The translations under genes were made by a program, and so were the position numbers. Below the pieces are notes generated by a model. That model was not told the DNA's origin, ran no database searches, and saw only the letters and a program-made list of their open reading frames with translations. This document shows, piece after piece, positions 32,573 to 42,033 of a stretch of 64,000 nucleotides of DNA (the stretch's first letter is position 1; each line of letters begins with the position of its first letter). Where the stretch lies: the NCBI GenBank assembly GCA_963826785.1, contig CAWGYD010000005.1:64001-128000 (forward strand). The letters are read 5' to 3'. The stretch comes from an uncultured delta proteobacterium. GTDB taxonomy: Bacteria > Desulfobacterota > Desulfobacteria > Desulfobacterales > Desulfosalsimonadaceae.

Positions 32573-34264
32573 ATGACGGAACATTCTATGAATATGGAAA
32601 ATGAATCCGGGGTGCTCAGACTCATCCCCCTCGGGGGCCTCGGTGAAATCGGCATGAATATGATGGTGATCGAATACGGTCAGACCATCGTCATTGTCGA
32701 TGTGGGTTTGATGTTTCCGGAAGACTACATGCTCGGGGTGGACTATGTGATTCCGGACATGGAGTATATCCGGCAGCATCACAGCCGGGTGGCCGGCGTG
32801 GTCCTGACACATGCTCATGAGGACCATATCGGAGCGCTGCCGCATCTCTTAAAGCAGATCAATGTTCCGGTATACGCCACCGCCTTTACCTTAGGAGTGC
32901 TCCGGCACAAACTGGAGGAGCATGATCTGCTGGCATCGGCCGTCCTGCGCGAAATCGCCCCGGGTCAGGTGTTGACGCTTTCGCCGTTTGAATTCCAGTT
33001 CATCCGCGTGAATCACAGCGTGGTGGATGGCGTCGGCCTGGCCATTTCGACACCTGCTGGAATGATCGTCCATACCGGCGATTTTAAACTGTCCGAATCC
33101 TTCATCCCCGGCATGAAAACCGATGTGCAGGCTTTTGCGCGTCTGGGGGAGAAAGGCATACTGGCCCTGTTGTCGGATTCCACCAACGTGGAAAAAGAAG
33201 GCCATACCATGTCCGACGCCCGGGTGGGGGAAACCCTGGAAAAGATCATTTCCAAAAGCCGCGGGCGGGTGATTGTCGCCCTGTTTGCTTCCAATATCGC
33301 CCGGATCCAGCAGGTGGCGGACATCATCCGGTCCAGGGGAAGAAAGATCCTGTTCAACGGCCGCAGCATCGAGCTGAGCGTCAGCATCGCCAAGCAATTG
33401 AACATGCTTGATATCCCCGAAGACATGGAAGTCAGGATCGAAGAGATCGATTATCTCGAATCGCGCCAGCTGGTCATCATCACCACCGGCAGCCAGGGGG
33501 AACCCATGTCGGCCCTGACCCGGATGTCCACCGGGACCCACAGGCAGATCCGCATCGAGGCAGGGGATACGGTGATCCTGTCCTCAAAGTTCATACCCGG
33601 TAACGAAAAAGCCATCGCCAAGATCATCAACAATCTGTTTCGAAAAGGGGCGGATGTCATCTATGAGAAGATTTCCGATATCCATGTGTCCGGCCATGCG
33701 TTTCGGGAAGAGCTCAAGATGATGATCGGGTTGACCCGCCCGACGTATTTCATTCCCATTCACGGTGAGTACCGGCATCTCATTCACCATGCGCAGCTGG
33801 CGGAAGAAGCCGGCATTCCCAAAGACCGGGTGCTTCTGGCGGAAAACGGAGACGTCATCGAGTTCGATCCGGAAGGCGGACGGGTGGCGGGAAAAATCGC
33901 TACCAGCCGGATACTGGTGGACGGCAAGGGAATCGGGGATGTGGGCCGTTCGGTATTGAAAGAGCGGCGGATCCTGTCGGAGGAGGGGCTGGTGGTGGTC
34001 ACCCTGGCGCTGGATGAGGAAACCGGATTTGTGGTCTACGGCCCGGAGATCGTCTCGAAAGGGTTTGTGTTCGAATTTGAAACCGGGCATATCATCGAAG
34101 ATGCCAAGTGCGTCATCCTCGAAATCATCGAAGAAGTCGCCCTGGTGGATCCCGCGGACCGCTGCGAGGTGCTCCGGAAAAAACTACTCCGGGCACTGCG
34201 GGAATATTTCACGTTTACCATGAAGCGAAAACCGGTTATACTACCGTTTATTCTCGAGGTATAA
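32573..34264 (+). CDS. rnj: Ribonuclease J
   Basis: IPLGGLGEIGMN, THAHEDHIG, HTGDFK, DSTN, TGSQGEP, HVSGH, PIHGEYRH. Confidence 0.96.
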   Translation: MTEHSMNMENESGVLRLIPLGGLGEIGMNMMVIEYGQTIVIVDVGLMFPEDYMLGVDYVIPDMEYIRQHHSRVAGVVLTHAHEDHIGALPHLLKQINVPVYATAFTLGVLRHKLEEHDLLASAVLREIAPGQVLTLSPFEFQFIRVNHSVVDGVGLAISTPAGMIVHTGDFKLSESFIPGMKTDVQAFARLGEKGILALLSDSTNVEKEGHTMSDARVGETLEKIISKSRGRVIVALFASNIARIQQVADIIRSRGRKILFNGRSIELSVSIAKQLNMLDIPEDMEVRIEEIDYLESRQLVIITTGSQGEPMSALTRMSTGTHRQIRIEAGDTVILSSKFIPGNEKAIAKIINNLFRKGADVIYEKISDIHVSGHAFREELKMMIGLTRPTYFIPIHGEYRHLIHHAQLAEEAGIPKDRVLLAENGDVIEFDPEGGRVAGKIATSRILVDGKGIGDVGRSVLKERRILSEEGLVVVTLALDEETGFVVYGPEIVSKGFVFEFETGHIIEDAKCVILEIIEEVALVDPADRCEVLRKKLLRALREYFTFTMKRKPVILPFILEV

Positions 34265-34321
34265 GTAAATTCTATCCACCAGATGATTATCATTCAATGA
34301 GCGACTGATTTGCCGATATCC

Positions 34322-36550
34322 ATGCGCAGAGAAATCATCAGCATTCTCCTGTTCTTTCTGGTCGTCTTTACGCTGGTGAGCCTGGTCTCTTATAGCCCGG
34401 CCGACCCGTCCATCCATCATGCCCGATCCATGGGGCCGGTGGATAATTTTTTCGGCCTGTTCGGCGCGCACCTGGCGGGATTTCTCATTGGTCTGTTCGG
34501 CCTGGGCGCTTTCTGGATACCGGTGCTGTTCATGATTGCCTGTGTCGATTTCTTCCGGAAACGCTCCGGACGGGCAGTCGCCCACACCGCATCCGGGGGG
34601 CTGCTCCTGATCGTCTCCACGGGCGCACTGCTGTCTTTTTTCAGTGAGAGCTATCCGCTTTTCGGCAACCGGTTCACCGCCGGCGGGATCATCGGCCTGC
34701 CCATCAAATCTTTTCTGATGGCCTATTCAAACTGGACCGGGGGCTTGGCAATCCTCATCCTTTTTTTTCTGATCGGATTTATTCTCACCACTCGAATCTC
34801 TTTATTCGCGGCCCTCAAAAATACCGGCAAGCTTGGGTTGACCGCAGGTAGTTCGGCCAAATCCGGGTACCTGCTGTTCAAGGAAAATCGCAAAGCCCGG
34901 AAGAAAGTCCGGCCCGAACCGCCGCGCAAGTCCAAAAATGTTAAAAAATTGCCCAAGCCCGATCCCAAGCCCGACCCCAAGCCCGAATTGAAATCCGATC
35001 CCGAGCCCAAGGTTGAACTGACCATCAAGGAGACACTCCCGCCCAGGCCGCTGCGGGCCGTTCCCGCCCCGAAACAGCAGGTATTTGAATCCATGCGGTT
35101 TGGCGAAGGTTTCCAGCTGCCGCCGCTGGAATTTTTGAAGGATCCGGAGGTGATCGTCGATTCCGTGGATCATGAAAATCTGAAATACATGAGCAAGCTG
35201 CTGGAGCAGAAGCTCGATGATTTCGGGGTGCGGGGGAAGGTGGTCACCGTGCTGCCGGGGCCGGTGATCACACGCTTTGAGTTCGAGCCCGCGCCCGGCA
35301 TCAAGATCAACAAGGTCGTCAACCTGGCCGATGACCTGGCCCTGGCGCTGCGGGCATTGAGCATCCGGATTATCGCCCCCATACCGGGTAAAGCGGTGAT
35401 CGGCATCGAAGTCCCCAACACCCGCCGGGAAGTGGTGGTGATCAAGGATATCGTGGCTTCACCCGTATTTGACAAGTCAAAGTCGAGCCTGACCATCGCT
35501 TTGGGAAAAGATATCGTGGGAAGCCCCGTAGTGGCGGATCTGGAAACCATGCCCCATCTGCTGATCGCCGGCGCCACGGGTACCGGCAAGAGCGTGGCCC
35601 TGAATACCATGATATGCTCCATGCTCTATAAGGCCACCCCGGAAGATACCAAGCTGATCATGATCGATCCCAAGCGGATCGAGCTGTCCATGTATGACGG
35701 GATCCCCCATCTCATCACCCCGGTGGTCACGGACATGAAAAAGGCCACCAACGCCCTGTTCTGGGCGGTTCGGGAAATGGAGCGGCGCTACAAGCTCCTT
35801 TCCGAGACCCGGGTGCGAAACATCCGCCAGTACAACCGCAAGGTCAAATCCGAAGCGCAGGAAAAAAAGACGGACGAGGAGACTCCAGTAAGGGAAGTCC
35901 TCCCTTACATCGTGGTCATTATCGATGAATTGGCCGACCTGATGATGGTGGCCTCCCGGGACGTGGAAGTCAGCCTGACCCGCCTGGCCCAGATGGCCCG
36001 TGCCTCGGGCATCCACCTGATCCTGGCCACCCAGCGGCCGTCGGTGGATATCCTCACCGGGGTGATCAAGGCCAATTTTCCCACCCGGCTCTCTTTCCAG
36101 GTCTCTTCCAAGACGGATTCAAGGACCATCATCGACGCCAACGGGGCCGAGGCCCTTCTCGGAAACGGGGACATGCTGTTTCTCCCGCCCGGAACGGCAA
36201 AGCTGCAGCGCATCCACGGAGCCTATATTTCCGAAGAAGAGATCAACAAGATCATCGAGTTTTTAAAGGCCCAGGAAAAGCCCGAATACGACCACGACAT
36301 CCTGGAAGCCCCGGAAGTTCAGAAGGAGAACGGCGGGGAAAAGGACTTTGACGAACGCTACGACGATGCGGTGGCCCTGGTTACCAAATCCGGCCAGGCC
36401 TCTATCTCCATGGTCCAGCGGCACCTGCGGATCGGTTACAACAGGGCCGCCCGGATCATCGAAATGATGGAGGAGGAGGGGGTGGTGGGTCCTTCCGACG
36501 GGGTCAAGCCCCGTGAGGTGCTGGCCAGGAATTATGATGATATGGAGTAG
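34322..36550 (+). CDS. ftsK: DNA translocase FtsK
   Basis: N-terminal TM helices, PHLLIAGATGTGKSV, IDPKRIEL, IIDELADLMM, LATQRPSVD, gamma domain LRIGYNRAARI. Confidence 0.97.
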   Translation: MRREIISILLFFLVVFTLVSLVSYSPADPSIHHARSMGPVDNFFGLFGAHLAGFLIGLFGLGAFWIPVLFMIACVDFFRKRSGRAVAHTASGGLLLIVSTGALLSFFSESYPLFGNRFTAGGIIGLPIKSFLMAYSNWTGGLAILILFFLIGFILTTRISLFAALKNTGKLGLTAGSSAKSGYLLFKENRKARKKVRPEPPRKSKNVKKLPKPDPKPDPKPELKSDPEPKVELTIKETLPPRPLRAVPAPKQQVFESMRFGEGFQLPPLEFLKDPEVIVDSVDHENLKYMSKLLEQKLDDFGVRGKVVTVLPGPVITRFEFEPAPGIKINKVVNLADDLALALRALSIRIIAPIPGKAVIGIEVPNTRREVVVIKDIVASPVFDKSKSSLTIALGKDIVGSPVVADLETMPHLLIAGATGTGKSVALNTMICSMLYKATPEDTKLIMIDPKRIELSMYDGIPHLITPVVTDMKKATNALFWAVREMERRYKLLSETRVRNIRQYNRKVKSEAQEKKTDEETPVREVLPYIVVIIDELADLMMVASRDVEVSLTRLAQMARASGIHLILATQRPSVDILTGVIKANFPTRLSFQVSSKTDSRTIIDANGAEALLGNGDMLFLPPGTAKLQRIHGAYISEEEINKIIEFLKAQEKPEYDHDILEAPEVQKENGGEKDFDERYDDAVALVTKSGQASISMVQRHLRIGYNRAARIIEMMEEEGVVGPSDGVKPREVLARNYDDME

Positions 36551-36590
36551 TGTTTACCTACTGGGAAGAGGTGGTGCTCAAAACTGAGGC

Positions 36591-36774
36591 GACGCGCCTG
36601 TGGGGTTCTCCCGCTCACGCGCCACTATTTTGATGCTTCTAAGACTTCGCTCCGCTGCATTCTGGAAACTCGCCTGCCGGCTCAGACAGTCCAGAATGCG
36701 GCCGCTCCGCTTCGTCTTGAAGCATTCGCAAAATATTGGCGCAATGTTCGCCGAGAGAACCCCACAGGCGCGTC
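36591..36774. repeat. 184-bp nested palindromic element (MITE/REP-like or structured RNA)
   Basis: Perfect 20-bp terminal inverted repeat gacgcgcctgtggggttctc / gagaaccccacaggcgcgtc, plus three inner stems. Confidence 0.8.
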
Positions 36775-36805
36775 TCGGGCACTGCAAATTGTGGATGGAT
36801 GTTAT

Positions 36806-37471
36806 ATGTCCGTTTCGATGAAGTTCGATAATTCATTATTAGATTCAGTAAAAGGCTTCCTCGACCCAAAAGAGGGCCGGCGCCTCTATGATATCGCTCT
36901 GGATGCGTCAAAGAAAGGCCCCTGTCTGGAGATCGGCAGCTACTGCGGCAAATCGACCCTGTATCTGGGGGCGGCTTGCCGGGAAAACGATTCGGTCCTG
37001 TTTTCCATCGATCATCATCGGGGATCAGAGGAGCAGCAGCCGGGGGAAGGCTACTTCGACCCGGACACCTATGACTGCCGCCGGGGTTGCATGGACACCT
37101 TTCCGCTGTTTCGGGACACCCTGGCCCGAAGCGGCCTTGAGGATACCGTGGTGCCCATCGTGGCGTCCTCGGCGCTGATTGCCCGGCAGTGGAGCACGCC
37201 TCTTTCCCTGGTCTTCATCGATGGCGGCCATACTTATCAGGCGGCCTGCGCCGATTTTGCAAGCTGGGCAGGCCACATCCGGCCCGGCGGATACCTGTTG
37301 ATCCACGATATTTTTGAAAATCCGGAAGCGGGGGGGCAGGCACCGTATCAGGTCTATTGCCTGGCGGCACAGTCGGGTCTTTTTTCAGAACTGCCCATGA
37401 CCGGATCACTTGGGGTTTTGCGGCGCCTGGGGTGCGGGGAGATACCCTGCGGTCAGGATTTTCTCAGATAG
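36806..37471 (+). CDS. Class I SAM-dependent methyltransferase (Methyltransf_24-like)
   Basis: KGFLDPKEG, LEIGSYCGKST, SIDHHRGSEEQQPG, LVFIDGGH, GGYLLIHD. Confidence 0.88.
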   Translation: MSVSMKFDNSLLDSVKGFLDPKEGRRLYDIALDASKKGPCLEIGSYCGKSTLYLGAACRENDSVLFSIDHHRGSEEQQPGEGYFDPDTYDCRRGCMDTFPLFRDTLARSGLEDTVVPIVASSALIARQWSTPLSLVFIDGGHTYQAACADFASWAGHIRPGGYLLIHDIFENPEAGGQAPYQVYCLAAQSGLFSELPMTGSLGVLRRLGCGEIPCGQDFLR

Positions 37472-38163
37472 ACCACCAGGCTTTTTCCCATCACCGGATT
37501 GAGCAGCCGGTCGAGAAAACGGGTGATTTTCGGCTGTTCCATGATGTCCCAGGTGAGCAGGCGATGATAGAGGGAAACGGGCAGGAAGTCGTTGTTGTGC
37601 AGACCCACCAGGCACTTGAGCCACCAGAATGGGGTGTGCAGGCTGTGGGCGAAATGAAAACCCCACTGGCGCAGCCCCTGTTTTTCAAATAAAGATGAAA
37701 TCTGGTCTTTGCGGTAGATCCGGATATGCCCTCCCTTTGAATTTCCATAATCCCTGGAAAGCATCCAGCAGATTTTTTCCGGAAGATACCGGGGGACGCT
37801 GATCACCAGGTTGCCGCCGGGTTTTAACACCCGGTTGAGTTCAGCTGCCGCGGCTTCATGGTTGGGGACATGCTCCATCACTTCCGAGCAGATGACGTGG
37901 TCGAAACAGCCGTTTGCGTAGGGCAGGGCGGTGATATCGGCAGCAGATACCGCCCAGGTGCCGCCGCCGTATTCGTCAAAGGTCTCCAGGTAGGCCAGCC
38001 GCTCTTTGGCGGCCTGCAGATCGCTGAAGTTGAGATCCGCCCCGAAAACCCGCACGTCCGTAAACCGCAGGGCGCCGTCCGCATGCCGGCCCGATCCGCA
38101 GCCGATATCGAGTATGCGGTCATTGGGGCGGATCCGAAGTTTTTTAAAATCGACCGTAATCAT
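37453..38163 (-). CDS. Class I SAM-dependent methyltransferase
   Basis: MITVDF, ILDIGCGSGRH, FDHVICSEVMEHV, RVLKPGG, GGHIRIY, HSLHTPFWWLKC, GKSLVVY. Confidence 0.9.
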   Translation of the reverse strand: MITVDFKKLRIRPNDRILDIGCGSGRHADGALRFTDVRVFGADLNFSDLQAAKERLAYLETFDEYGGGTWAVSAADITALPYANGCFDHVICSEVMEHVPNHEAAAAELNRVLKPGGNLVISVPRYLPEKICWMLSRDYGNSKGGHIRIYRKDQISSLFEKQGLRQWGFHFAHSLHTPFWWLKCLVGLHNNDFLPVSLYHRLLTWDIMEQPKITRFLDRLLNPVMGKSLVVYLRKS

Positions 38164-39397
38164 CCATGACCTTCCGGTAGATGTCCACGGTGGTCCGGGC
38201 GGCTGCCTCCCAGGTCAGGTGCTGCCGGACCCGCTCCAGCCCGGCGCGGGACAGGCGTTCGGCCAGATCGGGATGCTCCAGAACTTTTAGAATGGCTTGC
38301 ATCAGTGCGTTTGCGTCCGATGGGGGGACCAGGAGGCCGGCGTCTCCCACCACCTCGGGCAGGGCGCCTCCGGTGGTGCTGATGACCGGAACTCCGCAGG
38401 CCATGGCTTCCCCGGCGGGGAGGCCGAATCCTTCGTATACGGAAGGGACCACCGCCACAGAGGCCATTGCATACTGGCGGACAAATTCCTCGCTGCTGAT
38501 GCGGCCGGTAAAGGTGATCCGGCGGCCGATACCCAGTGAGCGGATAAATTTTTCCACCTGGCCGTTTTTTTTGGGCGCCCCCACCACGATCAGCCGGATG
38601 TCTCTTTTTCTGCTGATTTCGGCCACGGCGGTCAGCAGGTACATCAGCCCCTTGAGGGGCGTGTCCGCGCTGGTGGTCACGATGATCCGGTTCGGCTGAC
38701 GGGTAATTTCAGGAATGGGATAAAACAGGTCCGTGTTGATCCCGTTGGGAACGATGCTGAACCTGTTTTCAGCGATGTTGAACTCACGGCAGATGTCGTT
38801 TCGGGCGCAGCTGGAGACCGTGATGATGTGCGGAAGCGTGCGTGCAACGCGCTTTTGCATATCCAGAAAGGAATACCACCGCAGTTCTTTGAGCTTTCGC
38901 CACAGGGGCGCGGCCGATTTCACCGCGATGTGCCGATCCACGGTGATGGGATGGTGAATGGTGGCCACCGTGGGGATTTTGTTTTTAATCGACCAGAGAC
39001 CATAGGAGAGACTCTGGTTGTCGTGCACGACATCATAGCGGCGGAGGTGTTTTTTCAGGTATCGGTGGGCGCGCAGGCCAAAGGTAAAGGGCTCTGAAAA
39101 CCCCATGCTGGAGATGCCGAACCACTCGATGAAATTGATGGGATCGGCCAGTTCAGCCATCCGGGGCATGCGAAACAGGTCGTCGGGATTGTACAGATCC
39201 AGACTGGGCAGTTTGATAAGATCAATGCCCGGATCCAACTCCGGGTAAGGCGGGCCCGAAACCACGTCCACCCGATGGCCGAGCCCCGTCAAGGCAAGGC
39301 TCAGGTTCCGCACATACCCCCCCTGGCCGCCGCAGTGGGGATGACTGCGGTAGCTGAGCAGGCAAATGCGAAGCGGTCTGCTTCCGTTGTTTTTCAT
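38144..39397 (-). CDS. Glycosyltransferase family 4
   Basis: LLSYRSHPHCGGQG, HDNQSL, TIHHPITVD, VVPSVYEGFGLPAGEAMACG, GGALPEVVGD. Confidence 0.92.
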   Translation of the reverse strand: MKNNGSRPLRICLLSYRSHPHCGGQGGYVRNLSLALTGLGHRVDVVSGPPYPELDPGIDLIKLPSLDLYNPDDLFRMPRMAELADPINFIEWFGISSMGFSEPFTFGLRAHRYLKKHLRRYDVVHDNQSLSYGLWSIKNKIPTVATIHHPITVDRHIAVKSAAPLWRKLKELRWYSFLDMQKRVARTLPHIITVSSCARNDICREFNIAENRFSIVPNGINTDLFYPIPEITRQPNRIIVTTSADTPLKGLMYLLTAVAEISRKRDIRLIVVGAPKKNGQVEKFIRSLGIGRRITFTGRISSEEFVRQYAMASVAVVPSVYEGFGLPAGEAMACGVPVISTTGGALPEVVGDAGLLVPPSDANALMQAILKVLEHPDLAERLSRAGLERVRQHLTWEAAARTTVDIYRKVMDDYGRF

Positions 39398-39665
39398 AGG
39401 ATATGGATGATCAAGTAATTGACGATTTACCGGCAACATTGTATGTTGGTGCCGTAACGGAAAGCATTTTTTTAAAACATTCTTCTGCGGCCGTTTATCG
39501 ACCCGAATATGCGATTTTCCGTTGCGGCATGATGTCAAGCTGTATCAAATATAGTCGCACCGGTATTTCGTCAAGTGATTTTTGTGGATTAGGCGAGTCT
39601 GTAAGACTCCCTTCATTCCAGGCCGGCGAACCCGAACCCTAACGCTTTGGAGAAATGAACGCTTT

Positions 39666-40583
39666 ATGCCGGATCCGAACCTTGGTGTCAATATTGGCGG
39701 GATTTATCTGAAAAATCCGGTGATGACCGCTTCGGGAACCTTTGGCTACGGCCGGGAATTCAATGAACTCATCGACTTGAATCGACTGGGCGGCATCATC
39801 GTCAAGGGCTTGTCGCTCAAACCCTCCGCCGGCAATGCACCGCCACGGATCGTCGAAACGGCCTGCGGGATGCTAAATGCCATCGGACTCGAAAATATCG
39901 GGATCGACGCTTTTGTCAGGGACAAGCTGCCTTTCCTGAAACAGTTTAAAACCGCCGTGATCGTAAACATCTACGGCAAAACCATCGATGAGTATGCGGA
40001 CCTGGCCGCCCGGATCGACGAACTCGATGACGTTGCCGGGATTGAAGTCAATATTTCCTGCCCCAATGTCAAAGCCGGGGGCGTGGCCTTCGGGGTGGAC
40101 CCCTGCGCCGCCGCCGGTGTTATTAAAATGGTGCGGAAGCAGACCTCAAAACCGGTCATCACCAAGCTTTCTCCCAATGTCTCCGATGTTGGCGAGATCG
40201 CCAGAAGTGTTGAAGCCGAGGGAACGGACGCGGTGTCCCTGATCAATACGCTCACCGGCATGGCCATTGATATTCATACCCGCAAGCCGGTGCTCGGAAA
40301 CATCACCGGCGGGCTGTCCGGTCCGGCCATCAAGCCGGTGGCGCTGCGCATGGTCTGGCAGGTTGCCCGGTCGGTGAAGGTGCCCGTGATCGGCATCGGC
40401 GGGATCATGACCGCCACAGACGCACTGGAGTTTCTCATCGCCGGCGCTTCGGCGATCCAGGTGGGAACCGCCAGCTTCACCAATCCCCGCGCCACCATGG
40501 ACATCCTCGACGGCATCACCGACTTCTGTAGGACGCATCGAATTGACGATATTCACCAACTGATCGGTTCGCTGCAGGCATAA
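39666..40583 (+). CDS. pyrD: Dihydroorotate dehydrogenase (family 1)
   Basis: [48 protein letters not shown]. Confidence 0.96.
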   Translation: MPDPNLGVNIGGIYLKNPVMTASGTFGYGREFNELIDLNRLGGIIVKGLSLKPSAGNAPPRIVETACGMLNAIGLENIGIDAFVRDKLPFLKQFKTAVIVNIYGKTIDEYADLAARIDELDDVAGIEVNISCPNVKAGGVAFGVDPCAAAGVIKMVRKQTSKPVITKLSPNVSDVGEIARSVEAEGTDAVSLINTLTGMAIDIHTRKPVLGNITGGLSGPAIKPVALRMVWQVARSVKVPVIGIGGIMTATDALEFLIAGASAIQVGTASFTNPRATMDILDGITDFCRTHRIDDIHQLIGSLQA

Positions 40584-40694
40584 AATATCCTGAATGAAAA
40601 AATCTGTAAAAATTCCAATTTTTATGATATCAGGTATATAAAAATATCGGGTCGGTTTGGGCCAAACACCACAATACTAAGGAAAGGAGTCACT

Positions 40695-41927
40695 ATGTTC
40701 AAGAAAGCGTTTATTGCTGTTCTGATCGTTTTGATGATGGGATCATTCGCCGCCGCACGCGAATATAAAGGAGTCGACATGCCCGAGACCCTGCAGGACG
40801 GGAATCAGCTTCTGGTATTGAACGGTGTCGGCCTTCGAAACCTGATGATCATCAAGGTATATGTGGGTGGCCTGTATCTTCCGGGTGCCGAAACAAATCC
40901 GGATATCATCATGAATGCGGATGAGCCCATGGCCATCCGGCTGCAGATGCTCCGGGATTCAAGCCCCAAAACCATGAACACCGCTTTGAAGAACGGCATG
41001 AGGACCTCCTCGGGTGAAAATTATCCGCAGATCGAAGAGCGGATCAACACCTTCAAGACTTTTCTGTCCGATCCCATTGAAGAAGGCAATGTTTTCGAAT
41101 TCAAATATCTTCCGGCCAAAGGGCTCGATGTCATCAAAAACGGAGAGTTGAAGGGCAACATCCCGGGGTTGGATTTCAAACAGGCGTTTTTCGGCATCTG
41201 GTTAAACGAAAAAAGCCCGGCCGACTCGGGACTCAAAGAGAGCATGCTTGAAGGAAAGGTGAGCCCGGAAGCACTGGCTCAGCAGCAGGCATTCGCCAAT
41301 CAGAAGATGGAAGCTGAAAAGGCAGCCATGCTGGCCAAGGCGAATGAGCGCGCCAAGCAGGCCGAAATGGAAAAAGCAAAAGCCGAAGCCGAAGCCCGCA
41401 AACAGGCGGATGCTGCTGCCGCCGAAGCGGAAAAGCAGGCCCAGGCCGCTCAGGCCGCCGCTGACGCCGAAGCCGCCAAAAAAGCGGAACAAGCCAAGCT
41501 GATGGCTGCAAAAGCGACGAAGGAAACCAAGAAAGCCGCCTCGACAGCCGCCCCCCAGGCGCCCAAAGCCCCTGCCGCCGCCATCGATAATGCCCAGTTC
41601 GAAAATCAGGACATCTATTTTGGCGTCAACCAGACCGCTTTGTCCGGTGATGCCAGAAACAAGCTGGCGGCCAAGGCCAAATGGCTCCAGCAGAACCCGG
41701 ACAAGACCGTGGCCATCGAGGTGTACAGCGACCCGCGGGGATCACGGGAATATAATTACGAATTGGCCAAACAGCGCGCCAAGAGCGTCATCGATTACCT
41801 GGTGAATGCGGGTATCAACGTCAACCGTTTGGACACGATCATTTATGGCGAGGACCGTCTGGTCGCCGTGGGTGATAACGAGCAGGCCTGGTCCCAGAAC
41901 CGGCGGGCTCACTTCCGCATCAAGTAG
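40695..41927 (+). CDS. Secreted chalcone-isomerase-fold protein fused via Ala/Lys/Glu-rich linker to OmpA/Pal-type peptidoglycan-binding domain
   Basis: Signal peptide; LVLNGVGLR..IKVYVGGLYL..FKQAFFGIWL (CHI-like); AEAEARKQADAAAAEAE linker; DIYF..SDPRGSREYNYELAKQRA..YGE..NRRAHF (OmpA C-terminal). Confidence 0.85.
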   Translation: MFKKAFIAVLIVLMMGSFAAAREYKGVDMPETLQDGNQLLVLNGVGLRNLMIIKVYVGGLYLPGAETNPDIIMNADEPMAIRLQMLRDSSPKTMNTALKNGMRTSSGENYPQIEERINTFKTFLSDPIEEGNVFEFKYLPAKGLDVIKNGELKGNIPGLDFKQAFFGIWLNEKSPADSGLKESMLEGKVSPEALAQQQAFANQKMEAEKAAMLAKANERAKQAEMEKAKAEAEARKQADAAAAEAEKQAQAAQAAADAEAAKKAEQAKLMAAKATKETKKAASTAAPQAPKAPAAAIDNAQFENQDIYFGVNQTALSGDARNKLAAKAKWLQQNPDKTVAIEVYSDPRGSREYNYELAKQRAKSVIDYLVNAGINVNRLDTIIYGEDRLVAVGDNEQAWSQNRRAHFRIK

Positions 41928-41942
41928 TCATTTCCGAATAGA

Positions 41943-41987
41943 GGACAAAAAAAAGAGGGGCTGTTAAAGCCCCTCTTTTTTTTGTCC
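41943..41987. terminator. Bidirectional rho-independent terminator
   Basis: ggacaaaaaaaagaggggct-gttaa-agcccctcttttttttgtcc between convergent genes. Confidence 0.9.
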
Positions 41988-42033
41988 GGTAAATGGGGCG
42001 GCTGGTACTCGGATAGCCGCTCCCCGAGGTCTT

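Noticed and set aside
34279..34297. Fur-box-like core (AATGATAATCAT on the minus strand) before ftsK
   Set aside because: Flanks do not match and iron control of ftsK has no support; likely chance in an AT-rich spacer.
39585..39655. Small hairpins upstream of pyrD as a riboswitch or PyrR site
   Set aside because: No recognisable consensus and no terminator U-tract.
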